Origin: Silvanigrellaceae bacterium
GTDB taxonomy: Bacteria; Bdellovibrionota_B; Oligoflexia; Silvanigrellales; Silvanigrellaceae
NCBI GenBank assembly: GCA_049423385.1
Contig: JBMSQQ010000002.1
Location: 5,601-69,600 of the forward strand
DNA: 64,000 nucleotides
Reading direction: 5' to 3'
Below, one piece after another: positions 47,710 to 57,737 of this stretch. The number at the start of each line of letters is the position of its first letter. The stretch's first letter is position 1. Under the pieces are notes generated by a model. That model did not search any database. It saw nothing but the letters and a program-made list of their open reading frames with translations, and was not told the origin of the DNA. The position numbers and the translations under genes were made by a program.

Positions 47710-49233
47710 GTGCACTTTCATAAATTGAAAAATCTGCTCGTTGGTGCTGCCCTATTGGGCCCGACAGCATGTGCAACAGTCGGTGGAACACGACAGGCCA
47801 TTTCAATCGACTCAAGTCCTCGTGGATTTCAGGTTGCGGTCAACAGTTATGTCAGGGAAAGCGACCCGAAGACTCCATTCACGGAAGAGGTGAGCCGGGG
47901 GCGCAAACTTCATCTGGTTTATCATTCGGGTGATTTTACAAAAAAACGCAGCATCACTTGCGATTTTCGATATGGCACAGTTCTCATTGGCAACGGAGCA
48001 CTTGCAGCATTGTCTCTCGCCAGTCCGCCTTTGGCGGCCGCCCTTTTGTTGGGTGGGATTGGAACCGACTTCATATCCGGAAGTGCCTTTGATTGTCCGC
48101 AACGGGTGAATCAGGAAATTCAAGTGCCTGAAGCGGTCGAGACCGACATTCAGGAAAAATGCAACAATGTGCTGATACTTCCTCCACGACTCGAGGAGGA
48201 TGATTTGTCTCTGTCCTATGCGCTGATTGCTGAGGCACAAGATTTCGTCAAGCGCTTCGACAAACAGTGCCCAACCTTTGTGAGCTCTGCGACCACCGTC
48301 TCTGCCTTGAAAAGATCTTCGGTCCAGAGTGTGTTGCTTGACGAGCTTTTCAAACCGGAAATGGAAAAGAAACTCGTACAGGTCATACGTGACACCAACG
48401 CCAATCGGGTTGTGGACATGAAGACCTTCAAAAAAAACCAGGGTGAAAGCGAGGTTGAATTTTCGCTTCGCGATTTATATTCCAAGACGGAAATATCCAC
48501 TTTCAAAAAAGTATTTCCCCTTCAGAAAATTGAGAAACTCAAGGGCGGCTGGATTTCCCGCTACATTGGCAAATCGTTGCGCCTTGTACCCAACAGCTTT
48601 GCTTTGTCGACGTCCGTGCCAGCTCTTGGATTGACCAAAAAGGTGGAACTGTCGACCACGGATGATCTGATTCATCGTGACAGCTTTATAGGTATGTTGA
48701 GTTTGACCTCCGTTCAACATCCGGATCAATACGCAAACTGGGATGCAGTCATCGATATTGGTCCGTCGATCTTTTTTGATTCGATTCGCAATCGGATTAC
48801 ATTCGATCCAAATGATGAGGCAGTAAAGGCATTTGTTGCAGACAACCCCGAGGCAAGCAAAAGTTTCGATTTCAACGGCTACGCTTTGAATATTCCCATG
48901 GATGCCATGTTTTCCTTCCATACTCCGGCCGGCGCTTTTCGTTTGTTCGGCGGGGCGGGTGTTGGCTTGTACAAGTCGACTTCACGCGAGGCTGCCTCGC
49001 GTGAACTTCAGGTTTTTCCCAATCTCCATCTGGGCACGGACTGGGTTGGTTATGCGACTCGCAATCTATTCGTTCAAATGGGCGGACATTTGTTTGGAAC
49101 ACTTGGAAAAAAATCTTTGGATGAACGACAGTATTTCGGATTGAATGGATGGCTTTCCTTCACCATCGGTGCAGGGTATTTTTTCCCGGACACTCAAGGT
49201 TATCTCGAGTCCTTGTTTGCAGGCAATCCGTGA
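47710..49233 (+). CDS. Lipoprotein of unknown function (PEGA-like N-terminal region, beta-rich C-terminus)
   Basis: The GTG at 47710 follows AAGGA. MHFHKLKNLLVGAALLGPTAC lipobox. ISIDSSPRGFQVAVNS...TPFTEEV is PEGA-like. The C-terminal alternating hydrophobic pattern ends in GAGYFF. Confidence 0.45.
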   Translation: MHFHKLKNLLVGAALLGPTACATVGGTRQAISIDSSPRGFQVAVNSYVRESDPKTPFTEEVSRGRKLHLVYHSGDFTKKRSITCDFRYGTVLIGNGALAALSLASPPLAAALLLGGIGTDFISGSAFDCPQRVNQEIQVPEAVETDIQEKCNNVLILPPRLEEDDLSLSYALIAEAQDFVKRFDKQCPTFVSSATTVSALKRSSVQSVLLDELFKPEMEKKLVQVIRDTNANRVVDMKTFKKNQGESEVEFSLRDLYSKTEISTFKKVFPLQKIEKLKGGWISRYIGKSLRLVPNSFALSTSVPALGLTKKVELSTTDDLIHRDSFIGMLSLTSVQHPDQYANWDAVIDIGPSIFFDSIRNRITFDPNDEAVKAFVADNPEASKSFDFNGYALNIPMDAMFSFHTPAGAFRLFGGAGVGLYKSTSREAASRELQVFPNLHLGTDWVGYATRNLFVQMGGHLFGTLGKKSLDERQYFGLNGWLSFTIGAGYFFPDTQGYLESLFAGNP

Positions 49234-50162
49234 ACAGCCCTTCAGCAAAAGACAACCTTTTGTTTGACACCCATGCTCATGCAGATGCATTTCCATTGGT
49301 GGAATGGCGCAGAGTCGCAGAGACAGCTTGGCAAAAAGGTGTGCGCGGCAATCTGAACGCGGGCGTCTGGTGGGACCAGCTGCGAAATCTTCTCGCCAAT
49401 TTTTCCGCATGGACAGTGCCACTTGCGAAAGATGCAGAATCCTTTGATGATTTGCTGTTTCATTCGTCCCATTATCTCATTCTTCCCTGTCTGGGCCTGC
49501 ATCCGATGGAAGTCGCGCTCCGTTGGCATGATGAAACCGGAAAATTCGATTTGGGCAGAGCCCGGATGGACGTTGAAAATTTCAAAAGCGAAGCAACAAG
49601 TTTGAGGCAGTGGATTTGGGCAGTGGGCGAAACCGGATTTGATTGCGCAAAAGAAGTGATGGCTGGCTGGAGTTCAAAAGAAGAACTTCTTCTTGCTCAA
49701 CAGTTTGCCTTTGATGCTTGTATTGAGGTTGCGCTGGAATTGAAAAGACCGATCGTTGTCCACAGCCGTTCTGCTTGGCAAAGATCGATGCAGGCCATCG
49801 AAGTGGCGCTCAGTCAAGGACTCGCGGGGTTCATGATCCACTGTTACGGAGGGCCCGCCGGAGATTTGCAGTGGGTCGCACGGCATGGAGGCTTTGCAAG
49901 CTTTGGTGGAGTACCAACCTGGTCTGCATCAAAAAAGGCGAAAGAGTCGCTCCGGTCTTGTCCCGACAGTGTTCTTCTGTTGGAAACCGATTCTCCTGAT
50001 TTGCCGCCCGAATTGACGTGTGGTGGACGTCCAGAGTGGAACGAGCCTCAGTATCTTGCAGATATTTTGGAGTTTTCAGGTATATTGCGTCACCAACCTC
50101 AGGAAAAGTTGTCCAAATCGAACTATCTGAATTTCCGCCGCTTTCTTTTTGGAAAAAATTGA
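49230..50162 (+). CDS. TatD-family metal-dependent hydrolase/DNase
   Basis: Motifs LFDTHAHAD, LGLHPMEV, AVGETGFD, IVVHSRSA, IHCYGG and LLLETDSPDL. The GTG at 49230 overlaps the upstream stop (GTGA). The ORF-track start at 49149 would overlap the preceding gene by 85 nt. Confidence 0.72.
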   Translation: MNSPSAKDNLLFDTHAHADAFPLVEWRRVAETAWQKGVRGNLNAGVWWDQLRNLLANFSAWTVPLAKDAESFDDLLFHSSHYLILPCLGLHPMEVALRWHDETGKFDLGRARMDVENFKSEATSLRQWIWAVGETGFDCAKEVMAGWSSKEELLLAQQFAFDACIEVALELKRPIVVHSRSAWQRSMQAIEVALSQGLAGFMIHCYGGPAGDLQWVARHGGFASFGGVPTWSASKKAKESLRSCPDSVLLLETDSPDLPPELTCGGRPEWNEPQYLADILEFSGILRHQPQEKLSKSNYLNFRRFLFGKN

Positions 50163-50299
50163 CGGAGTCTCGGTCGTGTTGTTTTTACTGGTTTGCTTTT
50201 TTGTATAGGCAAATCAGGCGCCCGAAAAGCTTTGGTTTTTTGAAATTAGCTTTTTTTGCCGAAATTGATTCCGATACGCTCTGTGATCGGAGGCAGGAA

Positions 50300-51103
50300 A
50301 TGTTCCCGGCAAGAAAATCCGGACATGTATTGCTAGTGGGCTTGGCCGTGATTGCCACGGTTGTCGTCGGCTGTGGTGGTACTTTGAAAGATATTACCGG
50401 TGGTTCGAGCAGCAAAAATGACACCGACCAGCCACTCAGTCCTTCACCAACAACAGGTTCCTATATTGTTGGTATTCTTGTCGATGAAAATGGCGTGGCG
50501 ATCCCCAATGCGATAGTGACGTACTCTCCAACGGAACAACCTGTTGTCACTGATCAGGAAGGTCGATTTCAAATTCCCTTTCAGGAGAACACGCAGAAAA
50601 TTGTTGATCTCAGAATCAAATTGGCCAGCAACAGTGAAATTTCCGGTTCAATTGAAATTCCTGAGGATGTGAGATCAACGTCAGGATCAGGCATAATCAA
50701 GTCCAGAAGTCTCAAGGTATCGCTCAGCAAAAGCAATTCGATTGCAGGTTCATCCGTTGCCACGAATGCGCCGGCAATTGCTTCCATTGTTCCTTCGTCG
50801 ATTTTGGCGGATGGTCGGGTTTCCCTTGCCGAATTGAATTCATCAGACTCGAGTGTTCAGGCGACTGAACTTTTTACGGTGAGCGTTTCTTCCGGTGGTG
50901 ATGGAAAGTTTGCGCTGATTGAGTCGGAATACGGGTGCAACAGAGTTGTAAATTATCCCTTGACCCGCATGCCCCGAGTTTCCGATGTGAAATTGGTCAA
51001 CGAGGAATCTCTCGTTGTCTGCATGAAGTTTCTTGCTCCGGATGGCTCGGAATCGGTTGCCCGCAGTCCCATATTCACACGCGAGGGCGTCCGCGGAGAT
51101 TGA
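50300..51103 (+). CDS. Lipoprotein with a carboxypeptidase-regulatory-like region (paralogous layout to 25149..25997)
   Basis: The ATG at 50300 follows GGAGGCAGG. MFPARKSGHVLLVGLAVIATVVVGC lipobox. GSYIVGILVDENGVAIPNAIVTYSPTEQPVVTDQEGRFQIPF. Confidence 0.55.
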   Translation: MFPARKSGHVLLVGLAVIATVVVGCGGTLKDITGGSSSKNDTDQPLSPSPTTGSYIVGILVDENGVAIPNAIVTYSPTEQPVVTDQEGRFQIPFQENTQKIVDLRIKLASNSEISGSIEIPEDVRSTSGSGIIKSRSLKVSLSKSNSIAGSSVATNAPAIASIVPSSILADGRVSLAELNSSDSSVQATELFTVSVSSGGDGKFALIESEYGCNRVVNYPLTRMPRVSDVKLVNEESLVVCMKFLAPDGSESVARSPIFTREGVRGD

Positions 51104-51110
51104 AGGTATG

Positions 51111-51779
51111 CTACAGATTCAATTCCCATCCACCATCTCGCAGGACCCGAACTTCACCGTCTTCGCTCAGATCCAGAATTGTTGAAACACTCAAGGGCAA
51201 GGGTTCGTCACCGGCAATCAGGAGTTTGATCTTGTTTTGTGCATGCCTGAGGACTCCTTCGGCGCTGGTCCACCATCTCTCGAGTGCTTCGTCCCCGTTG
51301 TCATCAACGTAACCTTCCGCCATCAGTTCCTCGCCGTCGGTGACGCTCGTGACCATCAAGGGTGTTTCCAAGGCCTGACAAATAGCCTGGGCTACAGGAT
51401 TGCCTGAAATGCGAATCCCGACAGTGCTGCGGAATTCACCGGTGCTCATCTTGGGGGTGTTTTTGTTGACCGGTAGTATGAGTGTGAAGGGTCCGGGGAG
51501 CACACGATTGACGACTCTGTATGCAGATGTTGACAGTTGGGCGATCTGATTGACCTGATTTGCATTCAGGCAGAGCAAACTGAAGGGTTTATGGCGGGGG
51601 TGAGCCTCGCGCAGCTTCAACAGCGAGGGGTGCGTCGATTTGTGCTCTGCGATTCCGGCATAGCAGTACCCTGTCTCGGTGGGCAGGACGATGACTTCGC
51701 CCTTGCGCAACACGTCAATGGCTCGATCCACGTGCCGTTGATTGATGGTTTTGCCAACGCAGACGAGAATTTCGCTCAC
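51111..51779 (-). CDS. tsaC: L-threonylcarbamoyladenylate synthase (YrdC/Sua5 domain)
   Basis: AIDVLRKGEVIVLPTETGYCYAG, KLREAHPRHKPFSLLC, LPGPFTLILP and VGIRISGNPVAQAI. Start ambiguous: GTG at 51779 (after GGAG) or GTG at 51800. Confidence 0.75.
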   Translation of the reverse strand: MSEILVCVGKTINQRHVDRAIDVLRKGEVIVLPTETGYCYAGIAEHKSTHPSLLKLREAHPRHKPFSLLCLNANQVNQIAQLSTSAYRVVNRVLPGPFTLILPVNKNTPKMSTGEFRSTVGIRISGNPVAQAICQALETPLMVTSVTDGEELMAEGYVDDNGDEALERWWTSAEGVLRHAQNKIKLLIAGDEPLPLSVSTILDLSEDGEVRVLRDGGWELNL

Positions 51780-52024
51780 AAATGCTCCAAATAAATGCAC
51801 TTTAAAAAGCGCGAATGAACCGGTTTTGGCCTTGATGTTCTGGTCAATTATGCGACCCTTCTATCCAGTTGCGAAGCATCAGTAGTCAAATCAGGTCCAC
51901 CATCCGGAGACGGGCGGTGGATGAGTTGACATCTGCCTTGCGATGTCTTTGTATGTGCATGTTTTTGTAAGAATCTGCACAACTTCTAATCACCAGCCGT
52001 GGAATGAACGGAGGCCCTGAGCCG

Positions 52025-53734
52025 ATGGACAATGCGAATCCGTTTTACACCGATCTTGTCGCACAATTGAAAACTGCTTTCTCTGGAATAGAACTTGATT
52101 TTGAGGAAAGAGCAGACAAGCGCCACGAACAGACAATCACTGTCGGAACAGACAAAATTGTCGCTGTCATGGAGACGTTGAAAAGCAAGTTTGGCTTCAA
52201 CTTCCTGATGGACGTTTGTGGTGTGGATTGGCCGGGACGTGAAAAGCGATTCGACGTTGTTTATCACCTTCTCAACAAGGACCTGAATCGACGCCTGCGT
52301 GTGAAATCTGCGGTGGCGGAGGGAGAATCAATTCCCACCATGACCACGGTTTGGGCGGGCGCGAATTGGTTTGAACGTGAAACGTTCGACATGTTTGGCA
52401 TCAAATTCGAAGGACATCCCGACCTCCGGCGCATTCTTTGTCATCAGGAATTTATTGGTTTTCCTCTAAGAAAGGATTATCCCGCCGACAAAATCCAATC
52501 GATGTCGGGAGCGCCACTTGAGCATACATTCGAGGCCGATCGCGAACGCCTGATGCGAAAGCACGACGACGACCTCATGTGGATCAACATTGGTCCGGCG
52601 CATCCAGCGACGCACGGAACCTTGCGTTTCATGGCGGTTATCGACGGTGGTGAAATGATCAAGGAATGCGATTCCGAGATCGGCTATCTGCACCGTTGTT
52701 TCGAAAAAATGTGCGAAACGCACAACTACAATCAAATCATTCCTTACACGGACCGCCTCAATTATTGTTCAGCTCCAATCAACAACAATGCTTGGGCTGC
52801 AACGATTGAAAAGATGTTTGGAGTTCAGGTTCCGCCCAAGGCCACCATGATGCGCATGGTTCTGGATGAATTGTCGCGCATCATTGACCACTATGTTTGC
52901 ATCGGTACCAACGCGGTTGACCTTGGCGCTCTGACCGGCTTTTTCTACATGTTCAATGAGCGTGAAAAGGTTTACACCTTGTTCGAAAAACTTTGCGGTG
53001 CGCGACTCACGGTGTCGCTCACGCGTGTTGGCGGACTTGGTTTTGATCTCCCGCAAGGCTGGATCCAGGATGCCAAGGAAGTTGTTGAGCACATTGCCAA
53101 AACCCATGAGGAAATGGACAAACTGCTGACCAACAACCGAATTTTTGTGCAGCGAACCCGGGGCGCCGGGCCGATTGATCGCAAAACAGCGGTTGAGTGG
53201 GGCTTTACCGGCCCTTGCTTGCGCGCGACAGGCTACGAGATGGATTTGCGCAAGCATGATCCCTACTACTTCTACGATCAGGTTGAATTCGATGTGCCTG
53301 TTGGTCAGAAGGGCGACACCTATGATCGCTATCTGGTGCGCATGGAAGAAGTTCGCCAGAGTATCCGTATTCTCCGCTGGTGCTTGAACAACATGCCCGA
53401 AGGTCCAATTTCGGTCGACAACAAGGCTATCTCATTGCCAAGCAAGAAAGACGTCTATGGCAACATTGAAGGTCTGATGAATCACTTCATGTTGATCATC
53501 AACGGCGTTCAGCCACCCAAGGGCGAAGTGTACCATGCAGTTGAAGGTGCAAACGGAGAGCTCGGCTTTTACGTGATTTCCGATGGCACAGGCACACCTT
53601 ACCGGGTGAAGTGCCGTCCGCCTTGCTTTGCACTGATGAGTGGATTTGCACAAATGGTCATTGGTGGACGACTGGCTGACGCCGTTGCTGCATTGGGATC
53701 CATCAACATCATTGCCGGAGAACTCGACCGTTGA
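52025..53734 (+). CDS. nuoCD: NADH-quinone oxidoreductase fused subunit C/D
   Basis: NuoC part: FNFLMDVCGVDWPGREKRFDVVYHL...ANWFERETFDMFGIKFEGHPDLRRIL. NuoD part: MWINIGPAHPATHGTLRF...YLHRCFEK...GEVYHAVEGANGELGFYV...PCFALM...IAGELDR. The ATG at 52025 follows GGAGG. Confidence 0.9.
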   Translation: MDNANPFYTDLVAQLKTAFSGIELDFEERADKRHEQTITVGTDKIVAVMETLKSKFGFNFLMDVCGVDWPGREKRFDVVYHLLNKDLNRRLRVKSAVAEGESIPTMTTVWAGANWFERETFDMFGIKFEGHPDLRRILCHQEFIGFPLRKDYPADKIQSMSGAPLEHTFEADRERLMRKHDDDLMWINIGPAHPATHGTLRFMAVIDGGEMIKECDSEIGYLHRCFEKMCETHNYNQIIPYTDRLNYCSAPINNNAWAATIEKMFGVQVPPKATMMRMVLDELSRIIDHYVCIGTNAVDLGALTGFFYMFNEREKVYTLFEKLCGARLTVSLTRVGGLGFDLPQGWIQDAKEVVEHIAKTHEEMDKLLTNNRIFVQRTRGAGPIDRKTAVEWGFTGPCLRATGYEMDLRKHDPYYFYDQVEFDVPVGQKGDTYDRYLVRMEEVRQSIRILRWCLNNMPEGPISVDNKAISLPSKKDVYGNIEGLMNHFMLIINGVQPPKGEVYHAVEGANGELGFYVISDGTGTPYRVKCRPPCFALMSGFAQMVIGGRLADAVAALGSINIIAGELDR

Positions 53735-53757
53735 GGTCGACATCGAGGAATCAAGAC

Positions 53758-54294
53758 ATGGCTTCATTTTTTTCGGCTCAATTGAATGACACGATTAAAG
53801 GATATCTTGGACGTTACGAAACGAAGCGCTCGAGTATTCTTCCCATTTTGCACGCAATTCAGGACGAAAACGACTGGATCTCGGCCGATGCTGTCCAGGC
53901 TCTCGAAAAGGAGCACGGGTTGAGCGTGGTTGATGTGAACGAAGTTTTGAGCTTCTACACCATGTACCGCAAGACTCCTCCCAAGCCTTATCGTCTTGAG
54001 GTTTGTGGAAGCATCTCTTGCTGGCTCAATGGCGCAGACAAGACGATTTCATCCGCGAAAGAGTACATTTCCCAGGCAGAAAAAAGCGGCAAACCAGTTC
54101 CGTTTGAGTGCCACAAGGTCGAATGCCTTGGCGTTTGCGGATATGCTCCTGTGGCTCTGGTGAACAAGGATCGTCACCTCAACGTGACGCCCGAGAACGC
54201 CCGCAAGCTAATCGACGACTACAGCAAGAAAGAACTTCCCGCAGCAGCCAAAAAGTGCGCAGCCGATCTCGCTGCGCGAGCCGCCAAGAAGTAA
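53758..54294 (+). CDS. nuoE: NADH-quinone oxidoreductase subunit E
   Basis: SSILPILHAIQDENDWIS. 2Fe-2S ligands VCGSISCWL ... ECLGVCGYAPV. ATG at 53758 after GAGGA. Confidence 0.9.
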   Translation: MASFFSAQLNDTIKGYLGRYETKRSSILPILHAIQDENDWISADAVQALEKEHGLSVVDVNEVLSFYTMYRKTPPKPYRLEVCGSISCWLNGADKTISSAKEYISQAEKSGKPVPFECHKVECLGVCGYAPVALVNKDRHLNVTPENARKLIDDYSKKELPAAAKKCAADLAARAAKK

Positions 54295-54304
54295 GGAGTG
54301 CAGC

Positions 54305-55618
54305 ATGCCGGTGATGAACAGCGCCTACAATGGCCGCCAACCGAACGAATTCAAGATTCTGACCGAACTCGAGGGCGTACCCAACAGCCGTTCGATTGAG
54401 GTTTATAAAAAGCACGGCGGTTATGCCGCGCTTGAGAAAATCCTCAAAGGCAAAATGAGCCAGGAAGAGGTCATCAATATCGTCAAAGCATCCGGATTGC
54501 GCGGTCGTGGCGGTGCGGGCTTTCCAACAGGCATGAAGTGGGGATTTGTGCCGAAAGGAGAAGGTGAAAAATACCTCATCACCAACTTCGACGAAGGCGA
54601 GCCCGGGACGTACAAAGATCGCTACATTGCCGAACTCAATGCGCACATGTTGGTCGAAGGCAAGCTGATCGCAGCCTATGCCATTGGTGCGTCCAAGAGC
54701 TACATCTACTTGCGCGGTGAGTTTTATGACGAAATCGCATGGTGCGAGCAAGCCATCAAGGAAGCCTATGATGCTGGTTATCTGGGCGACAACATCCTTG
54801 GCAGCGGCTTCAAGCATCACATGGATATTTACTGTGGTGCTGGAGCTTATATTTGCGGGGAAGAAACAGGACTCATCAGCTCCCTGGAAGGCAAAAAAGG
54901 CCAACCAAAACTCAAACCGCCATTCCCTGCCGTCAAGGGTTATCTGGGCAAGCCAACTATTGTGAACAATGTGGAGACGCTGGCTGTCGTGCCCTGGATC
55001 ATTCGCAACGGCGCTGAAGCGTATAAAAAATTTGGAACCGAAAAATCAGCAGGCACCAAGTTGTTCAACATCAGCGGGCCGGTGGTGCGTCCGGGTTGCT
55101 ACGAACTGCCGCTCGGCTATCCACTCAAGCGATTCATTTATGAAGACTGCGGTGGATTGATTGGCGGAAAGAAACTCAAGGCCGTGATCCCGGGTGGTGC
55201 TTCGGCCCCCGTTTTGACAGCTGCTGAAGTTGAAAACATGACCATGGACTACGAAGCTTTTGCTGGTGCTGGAACCATGTTGGGCTCGGGCGCGGTCATT
55301 GTGATTCCAGAGGACGTGAGCATGGTGGAAGTGCTCGAGAACCTGATGCACTTCTTCAAGGACGAATCCTGCGGACAGTGCACGCCCTGCCGCGAAGGAA
55401 CGGGTTGGTTGCTCAAGATGTCGCGAGGCATTCTGGATGGCGAAGGTCAGCCAGGCGACGAACAGAAGATTGCAGAGGTTGCCGGCAAGATGATGGGCCG
55501 CACCATTTGCACGTTCTCGGATGCGGCAGCAGGACCAGCACGCAGCATTCCGCAGAAGTTCGCTCATGAGTTTTTGGAATATTACAAGAAAAAGAGCTCT
55601 GCTCACGGACAAGGGTGA
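54305..55618 (+). CDS. nuoF: NADH-quinone oxidoreductase subunit F
   Basis: GLRGRGGAGFPTGMKW (FMN site), DEGEPGTYKDR, YICGEETGLISSLEG and ESCGQCTPCREG (N3 cluster). Confidence 0.95.
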   Translation: MPVMNSAYNGRQPNEFKILTELEGVPNSRSIEVYKKHGGYAALEKILKGKMSQEEVINIVKASGLRGRGGAGFPTGMKWGFVPKGEGEKYLITNFDEGEPGTYKDRYIAELNAHMLVEGKLIAAYAIGASKSYIYLRGEFYDEIAWCEQAIKEAYDAGYLGDNILGSGFKHHMDIYCGAGAYICGEETGLISSLEGKKGQPKLKPPFPAVKGYLGKPTIVNNVETLAVVPWIIRNGAEAYKKFGTEKSAGTKLFNISGPVVRPGCYELPLGYPLKRFIYEDCGGLIGGKKLKAVIPGGASAPVLTAAEVENMTMDYEAFAGAGTMLGSGAVIVIPEDVSMVEVLENLMHFFKDESCGQCTPCREGTGWLLKMSRGILDGEGQPGDEQKIAEVAGKMMGRTICTFSDAAAGPARSIPQKFAHEFLEYYKKKSSAHGQG

Positions 55619-55623
55619 AGGCG

Positions 55624-57105
55624 ATGTCGAATCAGATCACGTTGAGCATCAACAATCAATCAGTCACGGTTCCGGCCGGCAGCACCATCATGGAAGCAGC
55701 GCAAAAGGCCGGCGTGGCTGTTCCGCACTTTTGTTGGCACCCAGGCTTGTCCATCGCCGGTGTTTGTCGTTTTTGCATGGTGAAAGTTGAAGGCATGCCC
55801 AAGCTTCAAATCGCCTGCAATACTCCGGCCAGTGAAGGCATGAAGGTCGACACGGTTTCCGATGAGGTCAAGGACACCCACAAATGGGCTCTTGAGTTCC
55901 ACCTCATCAACCACCCGTTGGATTGTCCGATCTGCGACCAGGCCGGTGAATGTGAATTGCAAAATTACTACATGAAAGTCGGCAAGTATCAGTCGCAAAT
56001 GGAAGACCAGAAGGTTCTCAAGCCGAAGGCACTCGACGTTGGCGACACGCTTGTTCTCGACACCGAGCGCTGTATTTTGTGTTCGCGTTGCGTCCGGTTT
56101 GAAGACGAGGTTACCAAGACCAGCACACTTGGAATATTCAACCGCGGCGATCAGGCAACGATCGGTACTTATGGCGATCGCAAAATCAAGCACAACTACA
56201 GCTACAACCTCGCGGACATTTGTCCCGTGGGTGCATTCACGGCCAAGGATTTCCGTTTCAAATGCCGCGTGTGGTTCCTCAAGGAAACCAAAACCATTTG
56301 TCCGGGATGTTCAACCGGCTGCAATGTGAATCTATTTCAAAACGGAAATCAGCGTGAATATTATCGCCTGAAGCCACGCCACAACTCAGACGTGAATGGC
56401 CACTGGATGTGCGACAAAGGTCGTTTGATGTACGAGCACCTCAATGCATCATCACGTTTGGCTGCGCCGGTTCTTTCCGGACAGAACGTGACTTCCGCTG
56501 CAGCAATGCAAGCGCTTGCCGACGCGAGCAAGGGCGTGTCAGCCGACAAGGTTGCGGTTGTGTTGACGGCTCAATACACCAACGAAGAGTACGCGGCTGT
56601 CGCGGCCGGTGTGAAGTCGTTGTTCAAAGGTTCAGCCAAAATTTATGTTTGGCGCGACGAATCCGAGAAAGCCGAGGACTTCGATGGCATCCTCTATCGC
56701 GGTGACCACAATCCCAACACCCGCGGGATGAACGATGTGCTCAAGGAACAAGGTTTGGCTCCCACCATTCTCAAGGGAGATTTCGCTGCTCTGGCACTCG
56801 CTGCGCCAGAATTGACCCTCGTGTTCGGACCAGAAGTGGAATCTGCATATCCGAATTTGAAGGGCGCCTTGGGCCGATTCGGCGAGTTGAAGAAAGTCGC
56901 CTATTTCGGAAACAGCTTGAATGACGCTGCCAAGAAGTTCTGGCTGAGAATGCCGGTCAAAACTTTTGCGGAGAAGAACGGAACCTTTGTCAATTTCAAT
57001 GGAGTTGCCCAGAAACTCAAGGCAAATGCGCCTGTGTTCCCTGCGGTGAAGGCTGTCGATGAATATGTGGGCGATCTGAGCAAACTTGCTCAGGCGTCTG
57101 TTTGA
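55624..57105 (+). CDS. nuoG: NADH-quinone oxidoreductase subunit G, short form (~493 aa)
   Basis: 2Fe-2S CWHPGLSIAGVCRFCMV; HPLDCPICDQAGEC; CILCSRCVRF...CPVGAF; CPGCSTGCN. The protein ends ~230 aa after the last cluster motif. Confidence 0.88.
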   Translation: MSNQITLSINNQSVTVPAGSTIMEAAQKAGVAVPHFCWHPGLSIAGVCRFCMVKVEGMPKLQIACNTPASEGMKVDTVSDEVKDTHKWALEFHLINHPLDCPICDQAGECELQNYYMKVGKYQSQMEDQKVLKPKALDVGDTLVLDTERCILCSRCVRFEDEVTKTSTLGIFNRGDQATIGTYGDRKIKHNYSYNLADICPVGAFTAKDFRFKCRVWFLKETKTICPGCSTGCNVNLFQNGNQREYYRLKPRHNSDVNGHWMCDKGRLMYEHLNASSRLAAPVLSGQNVTSAAAMQALADASKGVSADKVAVVLTAQYTNEEYAAVAAGVKSLFKGSAKIYVWRDESEKAEDFDGILYRGDHNPNTRGMNDVLKEQGLAPTILKGDFAALALAAPELTLVFGPEVESAYPNLKGALGRFGELKKVAYFGNSLNDAAKKFWLRMPVKTFAEKNGTFVNFNGVAQKLKANAPVFPAVKAVDEYVGDLSKLAQASV

Positions 57106-57124
57106 AAAGCGGGGAAAATGACGC

Positions 57125-57715
57125 ATGGCATTCGTGAACGTCTCTCGAGATCCCGAGCGCAATTTCAAGAATGGATATCTGGCAACATCATTGTTGGGGT
57201 TGGGCACGACGCTTGTCACCTTCACCAAACAAGTGTTTGGCCTTGAGGAATCCAACACCGTTCAATGGCCGGAAGTTGAATACCAATATTCCGAGCGTTT
57301 CAAGGGAGCCCACTTCCTGACCAAACGTCCCGACGGCCGCGTGCGCTGCACGGCGTGCTTTTTGTGTGCAACAAACTGCCCAGCGCAGTGCATCACGATT
57401 GTTGCCGGTGAAAGCCCCGACCATGGTGTTGAAAAGTACCCTGTGCGCTTTGAGATCGACATTCTTCGTTGTGTGTTCTGCGGCTATTGTGAAGAGGCTT
57501 GCCCTGTGGATGCCATTCGCATGGGGCCGGAATACTCAATGGCAGGCATGGCAGAGCAAAAATGGGTGTACACCAAAGACTACCTGCTCGAGCGGGAGGC
57601 GCTGAAGCGCAAGGTTGGCGAACGCCAGGTGTCCAAGAAAGATGAAAATACAAAGCATGATACGGTTCAGAGCTCACTGCCTGGCATTCATCTGGGTCAC
57701 ACCGACGGACACTGA
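57125..57715 (+). CDS. nuoI: NADH-quinone oxidoreductase subunit I
   Basis: Two 4Fe-4S ferredoxin motifs, CTACFLCATNCP and CVFCGYCEEACP, in the usual NuoI context (YPVRFEIDILRC). It has a ~40-aa C-terminal tail. Confidence 0.9.
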   Translation: MAFVNVSRDPERNFKNGYLATSLLGLGTTLVTFTKQVFGLEESNTVQWPEVEYQYSERFKGAHFLTKRPDGRVRCTACFLCATNCPAQCITIVAGESPDHGVEKYPVRFEIDILRCVFCGYCEEACPVDAIRMGPEYSMAGMAEQKWVYTKDYLLEREALKRKVGERQVSKKDENTKHDTVQSSLPGIHLGHTDGH

Positions 57716-57737
57716 TTTCAAAGACCATTGTTGAATT

